The notes below the pieces were generated by a model that did not search any database, was not told the origin of the DNA, and saw nothing but the letters and a program-made list of their open reading frames with translations. Position numbers and translations under genes: made by a program. From positions 1 through 64,000 of the forward strand of contig CAXHJY010000409.1 in the NCBI GenBank assembly GCA_964016885.1: 64,000 nucleotides of DNA, in the 5' to 3' direction. The stretch's first letter is position 1, and each line of letters opens with the position of its first letter. This document shows positions 15,930-28,112 of this stretch, piece by piece. The stretch comes from Eledone cirrhosa (Eukaryota).

Positions 15930-17014
15930 AAAAAATAATGGCAAAGCAGGCACATATGAAAGATGGCTCAATTCCACCCCAATCACCTCCCCAAATAACT
16001 TCAAATAAAGCCTATCCAGAATGAACCTGAAAACCAACAAAAACTTCATGAAAAGATGGCTTTAAAAAAATTTTAAATGGAGATAGAATTATTAAAGCTA
16101 AGAGTCAACTCCAATGAGGAAAAATTTAAATCCTTCAACAAAAAAATAGAAATAGAAATTTCAAAACATTCTGAAGGCCAACTCTATAAAAACACCACCA
16201 AACTTTGGAAAGAAAGTTGTGAAAATGAAGAACTTACATCTCTTCACGATAGGAAAAGCATGCTGTTTAGTTCAGCCATTATGTAAGGGAGTTCAAAAAC
16301 GAACACTATACCTGAAAAAAGTTAAAATTCACCAACCAAACCAGTACCAAAATGTGAAACCTACACTCACCAAAGTTATAGTAACAAGTCCAGAACTTTT
16401 AGACAACAAAATAACTCCACTACAAGAACTCAAGTGTTCCCTATTTCAAGACAGGGTTTATTCCGAAACCATAGATCCCAACATACACAAAGGAGCAGAA
16501 ACAACAACAATCCGTACCAAAGAATATCCAAAATCAGAGGCATACCACATTCTTCATAAGAACTTCCCACTATTGAAACAAGACTCGAGAATGAAAATAG
16601 CACTCAAAATAATTAAAAGCAAAAGGCATCCAAAATCACTTAAAAAACTACTCACTAGTGCCAAATTACCCACCACAAACACATCAACAGTTAAAAAATG
16701 TGGTTGCCCTAATTGTGGAACTTCTATTAACCTCATTGAAGACATACTGTATCTAAACTATAATAAGTTAGGAGTGCGGGACTGCGTACGGATCCCATTA
16801 GTAAAATAAGTTGGGTTACTTTGAATAAATAATGAATATTACATAATTTATCTACTAAATTTCGTAGCTGTTGATTAAATATATTTTATTGTTTATTTTA
16901 AGATTCACTTCTTTAAAATTTTCAAATGTCAACACTTCCGGTTAGCGATCGCTTAAATAAACATATATTTCCGTCACTAATTTTCTCCTAATGCAGTTTA
17001 TATATAATGTTTTA

Positions 17015-18194
17015 ATCATCATCATCATCATCGTTTAACGTCCGTATTCCACACTTGCATGGGTTTGGACGGGATTTTTCCCACTTGAGGCAAGAGTGGT
17101 TGTCTTGCTCGCATAGGACTGTCTGGCGGGTTTTCTACGGCTGGATGCCCTTCCTAACACCAACCACATTTACAGTGTGGACTGGGAGGTTTTTACCATG
17201 TTACCTACACGGCCACATTACAGCGTAGACTGTGTGTTTTTTTGTCGTGACACCTACACGACCTCATTTGTTTCGGCCTGGATGTTGTGGTACCAACGTA
17301 ACTTTACATTGAAAGGGGCGGTGTGGATGGGGTGGGGGTAGTGGGACGGGGTTGTATTTTGTTAGAGGTGCCTACTGACTGTAGTAGGTTTTACTTTGTA
17401 TTTAGGTAAGGCGGGTCTTCTCTATTACTGAGTACCGCCAAAGATCTCGGTGCAGTGACATTGCCTTGGAGAGGTGTAAGTGTGTGAGGTCGGAATTTAT
17501 CAAGTCGTCCCAGGTTTTTCTGGGTCTGCCTACTCCGTGGCTACCGTCTATTTTTATTGCCCTGCACTTTTTTATACAGCTGTCGTCTTTCATGCGCATC
17601 ACGTGACCATACCAACGTAGCCTTCTCTCGAGTAAACAACATCTGATCCCTCTTATTTCTAATTTTTCCCTTAGTTCGTTAATGCTTTGCCGTTCACGTA
17701 TATTACTATTACACATCCAGCGGAGCATGCAAGCTTCGTTCCTCTCCAGTCTGCGTATATCCTCTGCACACAATGCCCAGGTCTCACTGCCATGCAACAT
17801 TGCTGTTTGTATGCAGGCATCATACAGCCTGCCTTTCATTTTTAGGGAGAACCCTTTAGCGGCTAATAGAGGTATAAGCTCTCTGAACTTTTTCCATCCA
17901 GTTCTGACTCTAGCTACTGTACTTTCAGAGCACCCTCCCCCACTGCTGATTTTGTCACCCAGGTAACGGAAGCTGTCCACTATTTCTATAGAACCATCTG
18001 TGCAATTGAAAGAGCTAGTATTTTGTGGGCACTTGCTGCTACTTATTGCACCAGAGCACCGGCCACATATAAAATCTATATTCTTAGTTAGCTTACCTGT
18101 GATCCCACTACATCTTTTATGCACCCATACTTTACATTTGGGACATAAAATGGAGTTTCTACCTACGCCTTTCCTACACACTGAGCATGGCCAT
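17015..18194 (-). mobile_element. RTE subfamily A LINE, 5'-truncated
   Basis: Open 259-aa C-terminal ORF at 17402-18181, 3' UTR and (CAT)n tail. Confidence 0.95.
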
Positions 18195-18576
18195 GTTACT
18201 CATTACATAAGACAGTGTAGCGCAGTCTTCGTTCAATTTCTGTGCATATTGTCAATTACGATTTTATTTGATGTATCATATCTACATGCATATCTACTTG
18301 CGTATAATATCAATATGCGCACTACACATGCTAGCAGAAAAACATTTTTTGTAAAAAAAATCATTTCACCTGTTCAACAAAAAATTTTATATATGCAATT
18401 AACTGTAAAGAATGTAATGAAGACTATATAGGGCAAACCAAACACACTCTCAGAAAGAGGATGACAATTTACTGCCAACAATTGTGAGACACCACCACAA
18501 AACTGATGAGCATTTAGATTTGTGTGCAATGAACAAATCCCCCAAATTCCAAGTTTTTCCATTATATTGTTGTCCA

Positions 18577-18761
18577 AATAATTGTTTCTACTTTTGGCAC
18601 AAGGCCAGCAATTAACCAGGTCATTACTGGTACTTTGTTTTATCGACCCCGTAAGGAAGAAAGGCAAAGTTAAACTCGGCGGGATTTGAACTCAGTAAAG
18701 GGACGTAACTCTATGCTGGAAAGCGTGGTGTTTGACTCTCTACCGATACTGCCAATCCACC
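18577..18761 (-). mobile_element. SINE family 2 (MetaSINE-like)
   Basis: Reverse complement of 20521-20705. Confidence 0.85.
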
Positions 18762-19348
18762 AATGCCACAGATCAAACATGAATAGGGAAAATATATTTA
18801 TTTAAAAATACAAACCATATCTGAATAGATTCTAACCACTCACACACAAGAATAACTAAAGTAAAATATATTTATGCATCCTACTTACTGAATCATAACA
18901 ACACACACACACACACTTGTTCATTTTGTTGATTGGTTCATTATCATTAGTCATCATTATGATGGTAATAAAAATGTTTATTATTATCATTTTTGTTGTT
19001 ATTGTTAATGTTATTGGATGTAGCAAGAAACAAAAAAACAACAACAAAAAACTAGCTTCACACACAAACACACATAAACAAAATTGTTGTACTTTTGAAT
19101 TTTTGTGATTGCCACAAGAACAATAGCAACTCCATTGACTTAAATACAGCAGGCATGAATTGCTACTGTTCAAACTTGATGCCTAAACACCTGATGGCCC
19201 TCAGCCTATCAAATTATACTTTTCTACAAAATAACCATTAAAAAAAAGCAATACCTAATCACACGATCTTCCTCAACCTATCAAATTGTACTTCAAACAT
19301 ATAGCAACCTGAGCCACATTTTTTGTATAAAACTGAAAGAAATTCCCA

Positions 19349-19532
19349 ATATCAGTTAGATGCAAGTTAGAAGTCTGCATAGCCACACATCTCTCCATCT
19401 CTTTTGAAAATCATGAAACTTGTGAAACCGGTAAAGTCATAAATTATTGTAAATAAACCTTCTGAAAGACTCCAATTGCATTTTCAACTTCTATATTTTT
19501 ACCCGTGTGGGACATATTAAAAGAACTTACTT

Positions 19533-19578
<46 letters not shown>

Positions 19579-20060
19579 CCCATCATTGCCGGGCAATAAT
19601 AACAATAGTTTGGCCGTTAATTCTATTTTTTTTTTATTTCATGTCTTCCCTAAATGATGAGGACATCCAATGTAAAGCTGACCATGGGTGAAGCAGGTCT
19701 CTTGAAGGTGTAAACCAGCAACCAAAAATGTTTGTCTTTGTGATTTGTTGATGGCCATGGCAAAGCTGAGACTCACTGGAAATTGAAGTTGTTTGATTTG
19801 AAATGGGACGTCAGCGTGGATAAGAGGAATTCTTGGAATGAACATATCTTCTCCCCTACCACACCCTGTTGAAATGATGGCTGGAATCACATGTGGATAT
19901 ATATTTTTTACAACCAATCAAGTGCTGTTGCATTGCCTTGGTGGGTCTAAATTCCTAAATAATATAATAGGTGCTCCTTCTTTACGGTGAAGAACATGTG
20001 GAGGCATTTCTGATGGTACTAAAGAGTTGAGGAACTCTGTCGGGTAATTCAGATTCCGAC
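19349..20060 (-). pseudogene. Helitron RepHel PIF1-like helicase C-terminal fragment plus downstream DNA
   Basis: YPTEFLNSL..MPPH, FIPRIPL, QFPVSLSFAMAINKSQ.QT and HGQLY motifs. Confidence 0.85.
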
Positions 20061-20084
20061 TGTTCCACCAGTATCAACAGACCA

Positions 20085-20260
20085 TCATCACCACTATACA
20101 ACTACTACCACCACCACCACAACTACTACCACCACCAAAACTACTACAACTATTACTACCACTACTACTGCCACTGTCACCACACCACCACTACTACTAC
20201 CACCATCACCACCACCATTATCACTACTACTACCACTACCACTGCTACCACCACCACCAT
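20085..20260. repeat. (ACC/ACT)n low-complexity trinucleotide tract
   Basis: Visible directly. Confidence 0.9.
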
Positions 20261-20419
20261 AGAAGATATATAAAGAGAATGAGAGTGTGGTAAAGATATA
20301 TACAGAGGGGAAAAGCATAAAATACAGAGAGAGACATAGATATATAGCGAGAGGTATTCTGATAGTTGTGGATTCTAATGATAATGTATATGGGCGATTC
20401 AAAGTGAATTTATAAGCCA

Positions 20420-21037
20420 CTAGCAGATTTACCCGGCGTTGCTCGGGGTTTGGAATTATGCTAAGAATATACAGTTAGGAAGTAAAAGAAGGACATTATT
20501 TGTCTCCAACCTGGGAGACAGGGCGGTGGATTGGCAGTATCGGTAGAGGGTCGGATGCCATGCTTTCCAGCATAGTTACGTCCCTTTACGATCTGAGTTC
20601 AAATCCCGCCGAGGTTGACTTTGCCTTTCATCCTTACGGGGTCGATAAAATAAAGTACCAGTAACGCACTGGATTATTGCTGGCCTTGTGCCTAAAGTAG
20701 AAACAATTATTTGTCTCCAACCTGTCAAAATAAGCAGAAGTCTTCAATAATTAATGCAAACGAATATATTTGGTGAAAAGGTTATCTCCTTTTTTATAAG
20801 GATTGTCAATAAAGTTTGTTATCTCCCTTACATCAATTTTTCTACCGATAATTTTGATATCGATTTTTTATTGCTCAACGTAGGTCGATTTGAAAAATGT
20901 TTGTGATGTAACAATCTTATCGACCTGTGCAACGTGCACAGAAAATTTGGTCCAATTCAGTTGGTAATTGTGAAAGCCTTATGCATGCCAAGTTGTACAC
21001 AGACACACACACATCCTCGCTTTTATATATATAAAGA
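20420..21037 (-). mobile_element. Complete non-autonomous Helitron
   Basis: Minus strand starts A|TCTTTATATATATAAAAG and ends in the hairpin CCCGAGCAACGCCGGG then CTAG|T, i.e. the canonical AT target. Confidence 0.85.
20521..20705 (+). mobile_element. tRNA-derived SINE family 2 (MetaSINE-like), nested in the Helitron
   Basis: B box GAGTTCAAATC; Meta-like core GCCTTTCATCCTTACGGGGTCGATAAAATAAAGTACCAG; 19-bp TSD ATTATTTGTCTCCAACCTG. Confidence 0.88.
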
Positions 21038-21057
21038 TACCAATTACATTTCTTGAT

Positions 21058-21150
21058 AAATAATTGTTTCTACTTTAGGCACAAGGCCAGCAATTATCTA
21101 GTGCATTACTGGTACTTTATTTTATCGACCCCGTAAGGATAAAAGGCAAA
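21058..21150 (-). mobile_element. SINE family 2, 3' fragment
   Basis: AATTGTTTCTACTTTAGGCACAAGGCC... matches the other copies. Confidence 0.85.
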
Positions 21151-21280
21151 AATAACCCTAAAACATTCTCATTGGGACGCAGATTTTGAAAATAAAAACT
21201 GTCTTTCTCTAGGATGCACTGTTTTGGACCCTTTGAGAACCATACACATATACACTCCTTTATAGTGTGTGTGTGTATAC

Positions 21281-21311
<31 letters not shown>

Positions 21312-21317
21312 ATATAT

Positions 21318-21455
21318 ATAATTGTTTCTACTTTAGGCACAAGGCCAGCAATTATCCAGTGCATTACTGGTACTTTATTTTATCGACCCTGTAAGGATGA
21401 AAGGCTAAGTTAACCTCGGCGGGATTTGTACTCAGATCGTAAAGGGACGTAACTA
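21318..21455 (-). mobile_element. SINE family 2, 5'-truncated
   Basis: Same family sequence, flanked by TA. Confidence 0.85.
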
Positions 21456-21471
21456 TATAATATATATAATA

Positions 21472-23255
21472 TGGAGATAAATGTGTCCGGAATGATGCCG
21501 GTGTACTTAGTGTCACGAATGATCAGAAAAAGAAGGCCTGGAAATGTCATTGTGAGAGACTGATGAATGTGGAGAACGAATGGGAGAGAGAGTAATTACC
21601 CTCAGTAGATCCGACAGAGGGGCCAGCTATTGAGATTGACAAATATAGGGTCCAAGATGTGATAAAGGAAATGAAAAATGGTAAGGCTGCTGGACCGTCG
21701 GGGATAGTTGCTGAGATGCTGAAGGCATCAGGGGACGTAGGCACTAAACTGGTTGCATGCATCATCAATCAGGCTATATATGGCAGTGTCATACCCAAAG
21801 ACTGGTGCAGCAGTAATCTCATAAATTGCTACAAAGGTAAAGGGGATGTTCTGGAGAGGAGCAATTATAGGGGTATAAAACTGATGGATCAGGTTATGAA
21901 AGTGGCAGAAAAGATATTAGCACAACTAATTAGAGAAAGAGGTCAAACTAGATGAGATGCAGTTTACTTAGCCTTTGTTGACCTAGAGAAGGCCTTTGAT
22001 AGGGTACTCCGATCTGCCATCTGATGGTCCCTAAGGAAACTAGGTGTTGAGGAATGTCTTGTGAGGACAATGCAAACTTTGTACAGAGAGAGGTGCTGTC
22101 AGTAAAGTCAGGGTAGGAATGGAGTTTAGTGAGGAATTCCAGATACAAGTAGGAGTACATCAAGGTTCGGTCCTCAGCCCGCTCTTGTTCATTATAGTCC
22201 TCCAAGCCATAACAGAGGAGTTTAAGACTGGTTATCCATGGGAACTTCTCTATGTTGACAATCTGGTTCTTATAGCAGAATCTGTAGAGGAGCTAGAGAA
22301 TAAATTCTGGCTATGGAAACAGCAGTTGGAAGCAAGAGGACTGAAAATGAACCTAGCTAAGACAAAAGTGTTGATGAGTAGAAAAGAGGACAAAACTCTG
22401 ATTCTGTCAGGGAAATGGCCATCTTCTATATGGAGAAAAGGAACTGGTATAAATTCTATAAAATGCACACAATGCAGATCCTGGGTACACAAGAGATGTA
22501 GTGGGATAGCAGGTAAACTAACAATTAGGGAGAAATACGTATGCAGTAGATGTACAGGGAATTTAGACAGAAGTCGCATTGATAGACACATTTTTCAAAT
22601 GCAGGCGGGTGCTATAGAAGTGGTGGATAGCTTCCGGCACCTAGGAGATCAGATTAGCATGAGAGGGGGGGGGGGTTCCGAGGCCATAGTATCTAGAATA
22701 AGGACAGGTTGGAAGAAATTTAGGGGGCTGTTTACTCTGCTGACGAAGAAGCGTTTCTCCCTGCGTACAAAAGGCCAGTTATATGATGCCTGTGTGAGGA
22801 GCACAATGCTGCATGGTAGTGAGACTTGAGCAGCAACTGCAGAGGATATGCGACGGCTGGAGAGAAATGTGGCAAGCATGCTCCGTTGGATGTGCAATGT
22901 CAATGTGCGTGAATGACCCAGCATGGATGTGTTGAGAGAGAAACTGTGTCTGAGAGGGATAGAATGTAGTGTGCGAGAGAGGAGACTGTGGTGGTATGGA
23001 CATGTGATGCGCATGGAGGATGACCGATGGGTGAAGAAGTGCCAGGAAATGCCAGTTGAAGGAAGACATGGTAGAGGTAGACCACGAAAAACATGGGCGG
23101 AGGTGGTGAGAAGAGACCTCAGATCGCTGAAGCACCACACGTTGGCGATGACGAAGGACGACCGTGACAAGTGGAGAGATGCTGTGCTGAATAAGACCCG
23201 TCCCACCCTTGTAAGCAGGGAAGAGCGGACATAAAATGACGATGATGATGATGAT
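21472..23255 (+). mobile_element. RTE-clade LINE (subfamily B), degenerate and 5'-truncated
   Basis: [22 protein letters not shown] and RRLWWYGHV with stops and deletions; very short 3' end CCGTCCCACCCTTGTAAGCAGGGAAGAGCGGAC...(GAT)n. Confidence 0.9.
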
Positions 23256-23275
23256 ATATATATATATATATATAT

Positions 23276-26200
23276 ATCATTATCATCATCACCGTTTTAC
23301 GTCCGTTATGGGTTAGACGGGTTGTCCTGTTGTGGGCAGTGTCTGGTTGGCTGACCATGCTTTGCTCATACAGGAACTGATTTGGCTTGATTTCTACAGC
23401 TGGATGCCCTTCCTAACACCAACCTCATTTACAGTGAGTGCTGGGTGCTTTTTCGTGGCGCCTACACATCCACTTTACAGTGTGGGCTGGGTGCTTTTTT
23501 GCCGTGGCACCTCCACGACCACCTTGCGGTGGGGGGTGTGGGGGCATATTGTCTATATGCTTCAGCTTGTACCCATGGGAGGTCGGGTACTCTGTATTAC
23601 TGCGTGACGCCAGAGGTCACGGTCGTATGTCATCGCCTTTGAGAGGTGTAATTGGGTAAGGTCGGCTTTTATCACCTCATCACAGGTCATCTTGGGTCTA
23701 CCCACTCCGCGGTTTCCATCGACTTCTAGTGCTCTGCACCTTTTTATGCAGCTGTCATCCTTCATACGCATCACATGTCCATACCCACGCAACCGCCTCT
23801 CTTGCACACAGCATTTGATTCCTCAGTCTCTCTCTCAATTCATTTATGCTTTGTCGTTCGCATATATTACTATTACACATCCATCGGAGCATGCAGGCTT
23901 CGTTTCTCTCTAATCTACGTAAGTCTTCCACCTTCAGCGCCCATGCAACATCGCTGTTCGGATACACGCATCATACAGTCTGCCTTTCATTTTGAGGGAG
24001 AAGCCTTTTGCAGCTAGTAGTGGTAGTAGTTCCCTAAACTTCTTCCATCCCGTTCTTACCCTAGTTATTGTACTTTCTGAACTCCGCTGCTAATTCGGTC
24101 ACCTAGGTAGCAGAAGCTGTCTACTGTTTCTACAGAGCCCTCCCAGAGATTGGTGGTACTTGTTTCCTGTGGCTGTTTGCTGCCCCAGCACAGCTGCTGC
24201 ATGTGAAGCCTACATTCTTAATTAAGCTTCCTGAGATCCCGCTACATCTCTTGTGGACCCATTGTTTGCATTTGGGGCAAAGAATGGAGTTCTTACCTAC
24301 ACCTTTCCTACATACTGAGCAAGGCCATTTCCCTGAGGGGATCTGGGTTCTGTTTTCTCGTCTACTTACAAGGACCTTAGTCTTTGTCATGTTGACTTTG
24401 AGACCCTTTCTTTCTAGTCCCTGCTTCCAAGTTTGGAATTTATTCTCTAGTTCTACCATAGATTCAGCTATGAGTGCGAGGTCATCAGCATACAGGAGTT
24501 CCCATGGGCATCCGGTCTTAAACTCCTCCGTTATTGCCTGCAGGACTATGATGAACAGGAGAGGGCTAAGAACAGAGCCCTGGTGGACCCCAACCTGTAC
24601 GCTAAATTCCTCGCTATACTCATTGCTAATCCTAACTTTGCTGACTGCTCCCCTATACATGGCTTGTACCGCTTTCACAAGCCATTCATCTACTCATAGT
24701 TTTCTAAGAGCCCACCAGACTACAGCACATGGAACTCTGTCAAAAGCTTTCTCAAGATCGACAAATGCCAGGTAGAGTGGCTTACTTTTAGCTAGGTACT
24801 TTTCCTGTAACTGCCTGACAAGGAAGAGGGCATCAGTGGTGCCTCTTTCTGGTACAAACCCAAATTGCATCTCGTCTAGTTTCACCCGGTCCCTAATCAA
24901 CTGTGCTATAACTCTTTCTGTTACTTTCATGACCTGGTCCATCAGCTTTATACCTCTATAGTTTCCTCTATCTAGTGCATCACCTTTACCTTTGTAGCAG
25001 TTGACAATGATGCTACTGCACCAATCTTTTGGTATGACACCTTTTAGTATTACCTGGTTAACAATACGTGTGGTTATAGTGCGACCTACAGACCCAGATG
25101 CCTTCAGCATCTCGGCAGCTATACCCGATGGACCGGTTGCCTTCCCTATCTTCATATCTTTGATTGCCTTACTTACTACGCTGCTGCTAACTTGTACTGT
25201 TGGCCCCTCTATAGGGTCTACTTGGGGTAGGGTCTCTTCTTCCCATGCATTCTCCTCATTTAGTAATCTATCATAATGACTCTTCCATGCATCTTTCTTC
25301 TCAGCACTTGTGAGGGCAAGCTCACCTTTATCATTCTGGATACACTTCTCTCCAATGACATCACAATTTTCTCTGACACACTGCCTCGCAATCTTGAACA
25401 CCTCCTGTTTCTGGTCCTCACGTTGCAAAACATGCTTGAATTTTCTATCCTCTGCTTCCCTCCTAGCTAAGTATACTTGTCGCCTAGCTTCCCTCTTGGT
25501 CTCTAAGTAATGTACCCTGCTCCCCCAGTTCTTCCATTCTTTCCATGCCTGTCTCTTGGCCTTAACTGCCTCATCTACCTTATTGTTCCACCACCAAGTC
25601 ACTCTCCTCCTGCTTGTGGTCTTACTCCAGCCACAGACCTCATCCGTCGCCTCTATTAAGTTATTTTTTAGGAACTCCCAGTTCTCTTCTACATTGAATG
25701 TCTCTATCTGTTCTTCTTTACTGTCGTAGGCGTTGAGTAAAATATCTTTAAATCTGTTACTGGTTGAGGGGTCTTTCAGCTTCCAGATCTTTCTTCTCCA
25801 GGTTGGCCTCTGTTTCCAGGTTCGTCTAGTTCTGACTGTGAGGTCGCTGACAACTAAGTTATGTTGGGATGTACATTCCTCACGAGGGAAGGCTTTTGTG
25901 TTTACGACCGTCCATCTGTCACGTCCTCTGATGAGGATAAAATCCATCTGACTAGAATGCTCCCCTGATCTATAGGTGATCAGGTGGTTGTCGGGTTTTT
26001 TGAAGTTTGTGTTACATATCGACATGTCATTGGTGTTGCAGAATTCTAGAAGTCTGAATCCTTCTTCATTTCTTGTGCCAACCCCACGGCCTCCATGAAC
26101 TATATTGAAGCCGTCGCAGTGTTTACCTACGTGTCCGTTAAAATCTCCTGCGATGATTAGGAAGTCATTGTCGTTTGTTAGAGCAGTAGTGTGCATTAGG

Positions 26201-27120
26201 GACTCGTAAAACCTTTCCTTAAGTTCGTCTGGCAACCCCGATTGGGGTGCGTAAGCTGATATTATTGTGGTAATTGTTTTATTCAGGACTAATCTGAGTT
26301 TAATGATTCTTGCATTTACCCTGTACACTGAGATTACTTCATCTACCCATTTGTCAGCTAGTAGTATACCTACACCACCCATCCCATCGTCATTTCCCAC
26401 CCAGAAAAATTTGTAGCACCGACTTTTTCCTACAAGGACTCTAGCAGACTCTCCTCTCCATCTAGTCTCTTGCACACAGCATACATCAATTTCCTTTCGC
26501 TCTAGCATTTCTACGATTTCTCCTGCTCTTCCTTTCATTGTGCTTACATTGATGGTACCAACTCGGAGTTTTGGGCATTTGTCGACACTCGTAGGGAAGG
26601 GTCTCTGGATTGGCGCTTCACATGGGTGCTTGGTAGCTCGCGGATTCATATTTCATCTATTAATTCAGAGTTGCTCAAATTTATTCTCAGCTCATCCATC
26701 CATAATGGTAGGAAAATTCAGGGCTAGAAAAACAGTGGTGGTGGAATAATGGCAGGGTGTATTGGGCTGGGACAGGGGAGGAGAGAGTTAGTTAGGTAGT
26801 AGTAGCAGAAGAAATGGCATGCTGAGGTTTGATTGGTCGAATAGGCTATGGTGGTGTGAGGGGGTTAAATTGTGAGGTAGAGAGAGGGTCGCCATTGTTG
26901 CTGTCAAGATGGATGACTGGAACGAAGCTAAATCAACTCTAGTGATTCATTTTAGCCTTTCAGAATAGAGTGTCTTATCTCTTCAATAGCTTCAAGATGA
27001 GTGAGGTGGAATGGGTGAAGAGGGAACGGGAGGTAATGGGTGGCTTAGAGATAGATAGAGAGAGGGTAGCCATCATAGAGAGAGGGTCGCCGTATGGCAA
27101 AGTAGCCGATAGGATACAGC
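23276..27120 (-). mobile_element. Near-full-length RTE-clade LINE (subfamily C)
   Basis: Single ORF from 26649, 3' UTR with (CAT)n at 23276, pyrimidine-rich putative 5' UTR to about 27120 (boundary uncertain). Confidence 0.9.
23562..26649 (-). pseudogene. RTE ORF: APE endonuclease, RT with inserted PHD finger, C-terminal domain
   Basis: GTINV, CVQETRW, AYAPQ, GDFNGHVG and YADD; in-frame TGA at 24694 and frameshifts below about 24150. Confidence 0.93.
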
Positions 27121-27132
27121 AACAATAATATT

Positions 27133-27314
27133 AATAATTGTTTCTACTTTAGGCACAAGGCCAGCAATTACCCAGTGCATTACTGGTACTTTATTTTATC
27201 GACCCCGTAAGGATGAAAGGCAAAGTCAACCTCGGCGGGATTTGAACTCAGATCGTAAAGGGACGTAACTATGCTGGAAAGCATGGCGTCCGACCCTCTA
27301 CCGATACTGCCAAT
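27133..27314 (-). mobile_element. SINE family 2
   Basis: Near-full reverse-complement copy of 20521-20705. Confidence 0.88.
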
Positions 27315-27372
27315 AGCCAGTCATGGCCTGTAGCCTTTGATGGAAAAATAGACAGAGACAGATATATATATA

Positions 27373-27895
27373 TAGACCTAGAAAAACCTGGGACGATTTG
27401 ATAAATTCTGACCTTACACACTTGCACCTCTCTAAGACAATGTCACTGGACCGAGATCTTTGGCGCTACGCAGTAATACAGAAGACCCGCCTTGCTTATG
27501 TACATAGCGAAACCTAGTCAGTAGGCACCTCTTAACCAAATATACACCCCCATCCCACTACCCCTACTCCACCCCCCCTCTCCCACCAATACCACCCTCT
27601 CTCTGTAAAGTTATGTTGGTACCACAACATCCAGTCCAAAATAAATGAGGTCATGTAGGTGTCACGACAAAAAAACACACAGTCCACGCTGTAATGTGGC
27701 CGTGTAGGTAACACGATAAAAGCCTTCCAGTCCACACTGTAAACGTGGATGGTGTTAGGAAGGGGATCCAGCCACAGAAAACCTGCCAGACAGCCCTATA
27801 TGAGCCAGACACGGTCTACCGACCAATCTTGCCTCAAGTGGGACAATTCTCGTCTAAACCCATGTTAGCGTGGAAGACAGACGTTAAACGATGAT
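27373..27895 (+). mobile_element. RTE 3' fragment (A-related)
   Basis: RPRKTWDDLINSDL... plus a 3' UTR similar to 30165-30694. Confidence 0.88.
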
Positions 27896-27949
27896 ATATA
27901 TATATAAATAATATTAATAAATGGAAACTATCTTTATAAAACCATATTT

Positions 27950-28008
27950 ATTTTATTGTATATATTTCAAGGGTACCAATATTTTGGTATGCTATCGTCA
28001 GATGAAAT
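27950..28008 (-). ncRNA. Decayed hammerhead-like motif
   Basis: Minus strand: AUUUCAU-CUGACGA-...UACCAA(AAUA)UUGGUA...-GAAA-UAUAUA-CA/AUAAAAU; U16.1 and the base of stem II are broken. Confidence 0.4.
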
Positions 28009-28112
28009 ACAATAATTGGTTTACAGATATTGACATATCTACATATGAACTTAATGTCATGAGTTCTATGTAAATAGTTTTATATATATATATATTTATT
28101 TATTTAACATAT

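Larger units (their letters stand above)
15310..18856 (+). mobile_element. Degenerate Penelope-like element with nested insertions; RT core deleted
   Basis: Linker KIIKSKRHPKSLKKLLTSAK..VKKCGCPNCGT (16600-16740) continues at about 18365 into a GIY-YIG region FTCSTKNFIYAINCKECNEDYIGQT...RKRM; C-terminal KYKPYLN near 18810. The 5' boundary is approximate. Confidence 0.75.

Noticed and set aside
18503-18540. CTGATGAG motif
   Set aside because: Lies in Penelope coding sequence (TDEH) with no stems or GAAA partner.
20094-20420. Gly/Ser/Val-rich 108-aa ORF
   Set aside because: Product of the (ACC/ACT)n tract.
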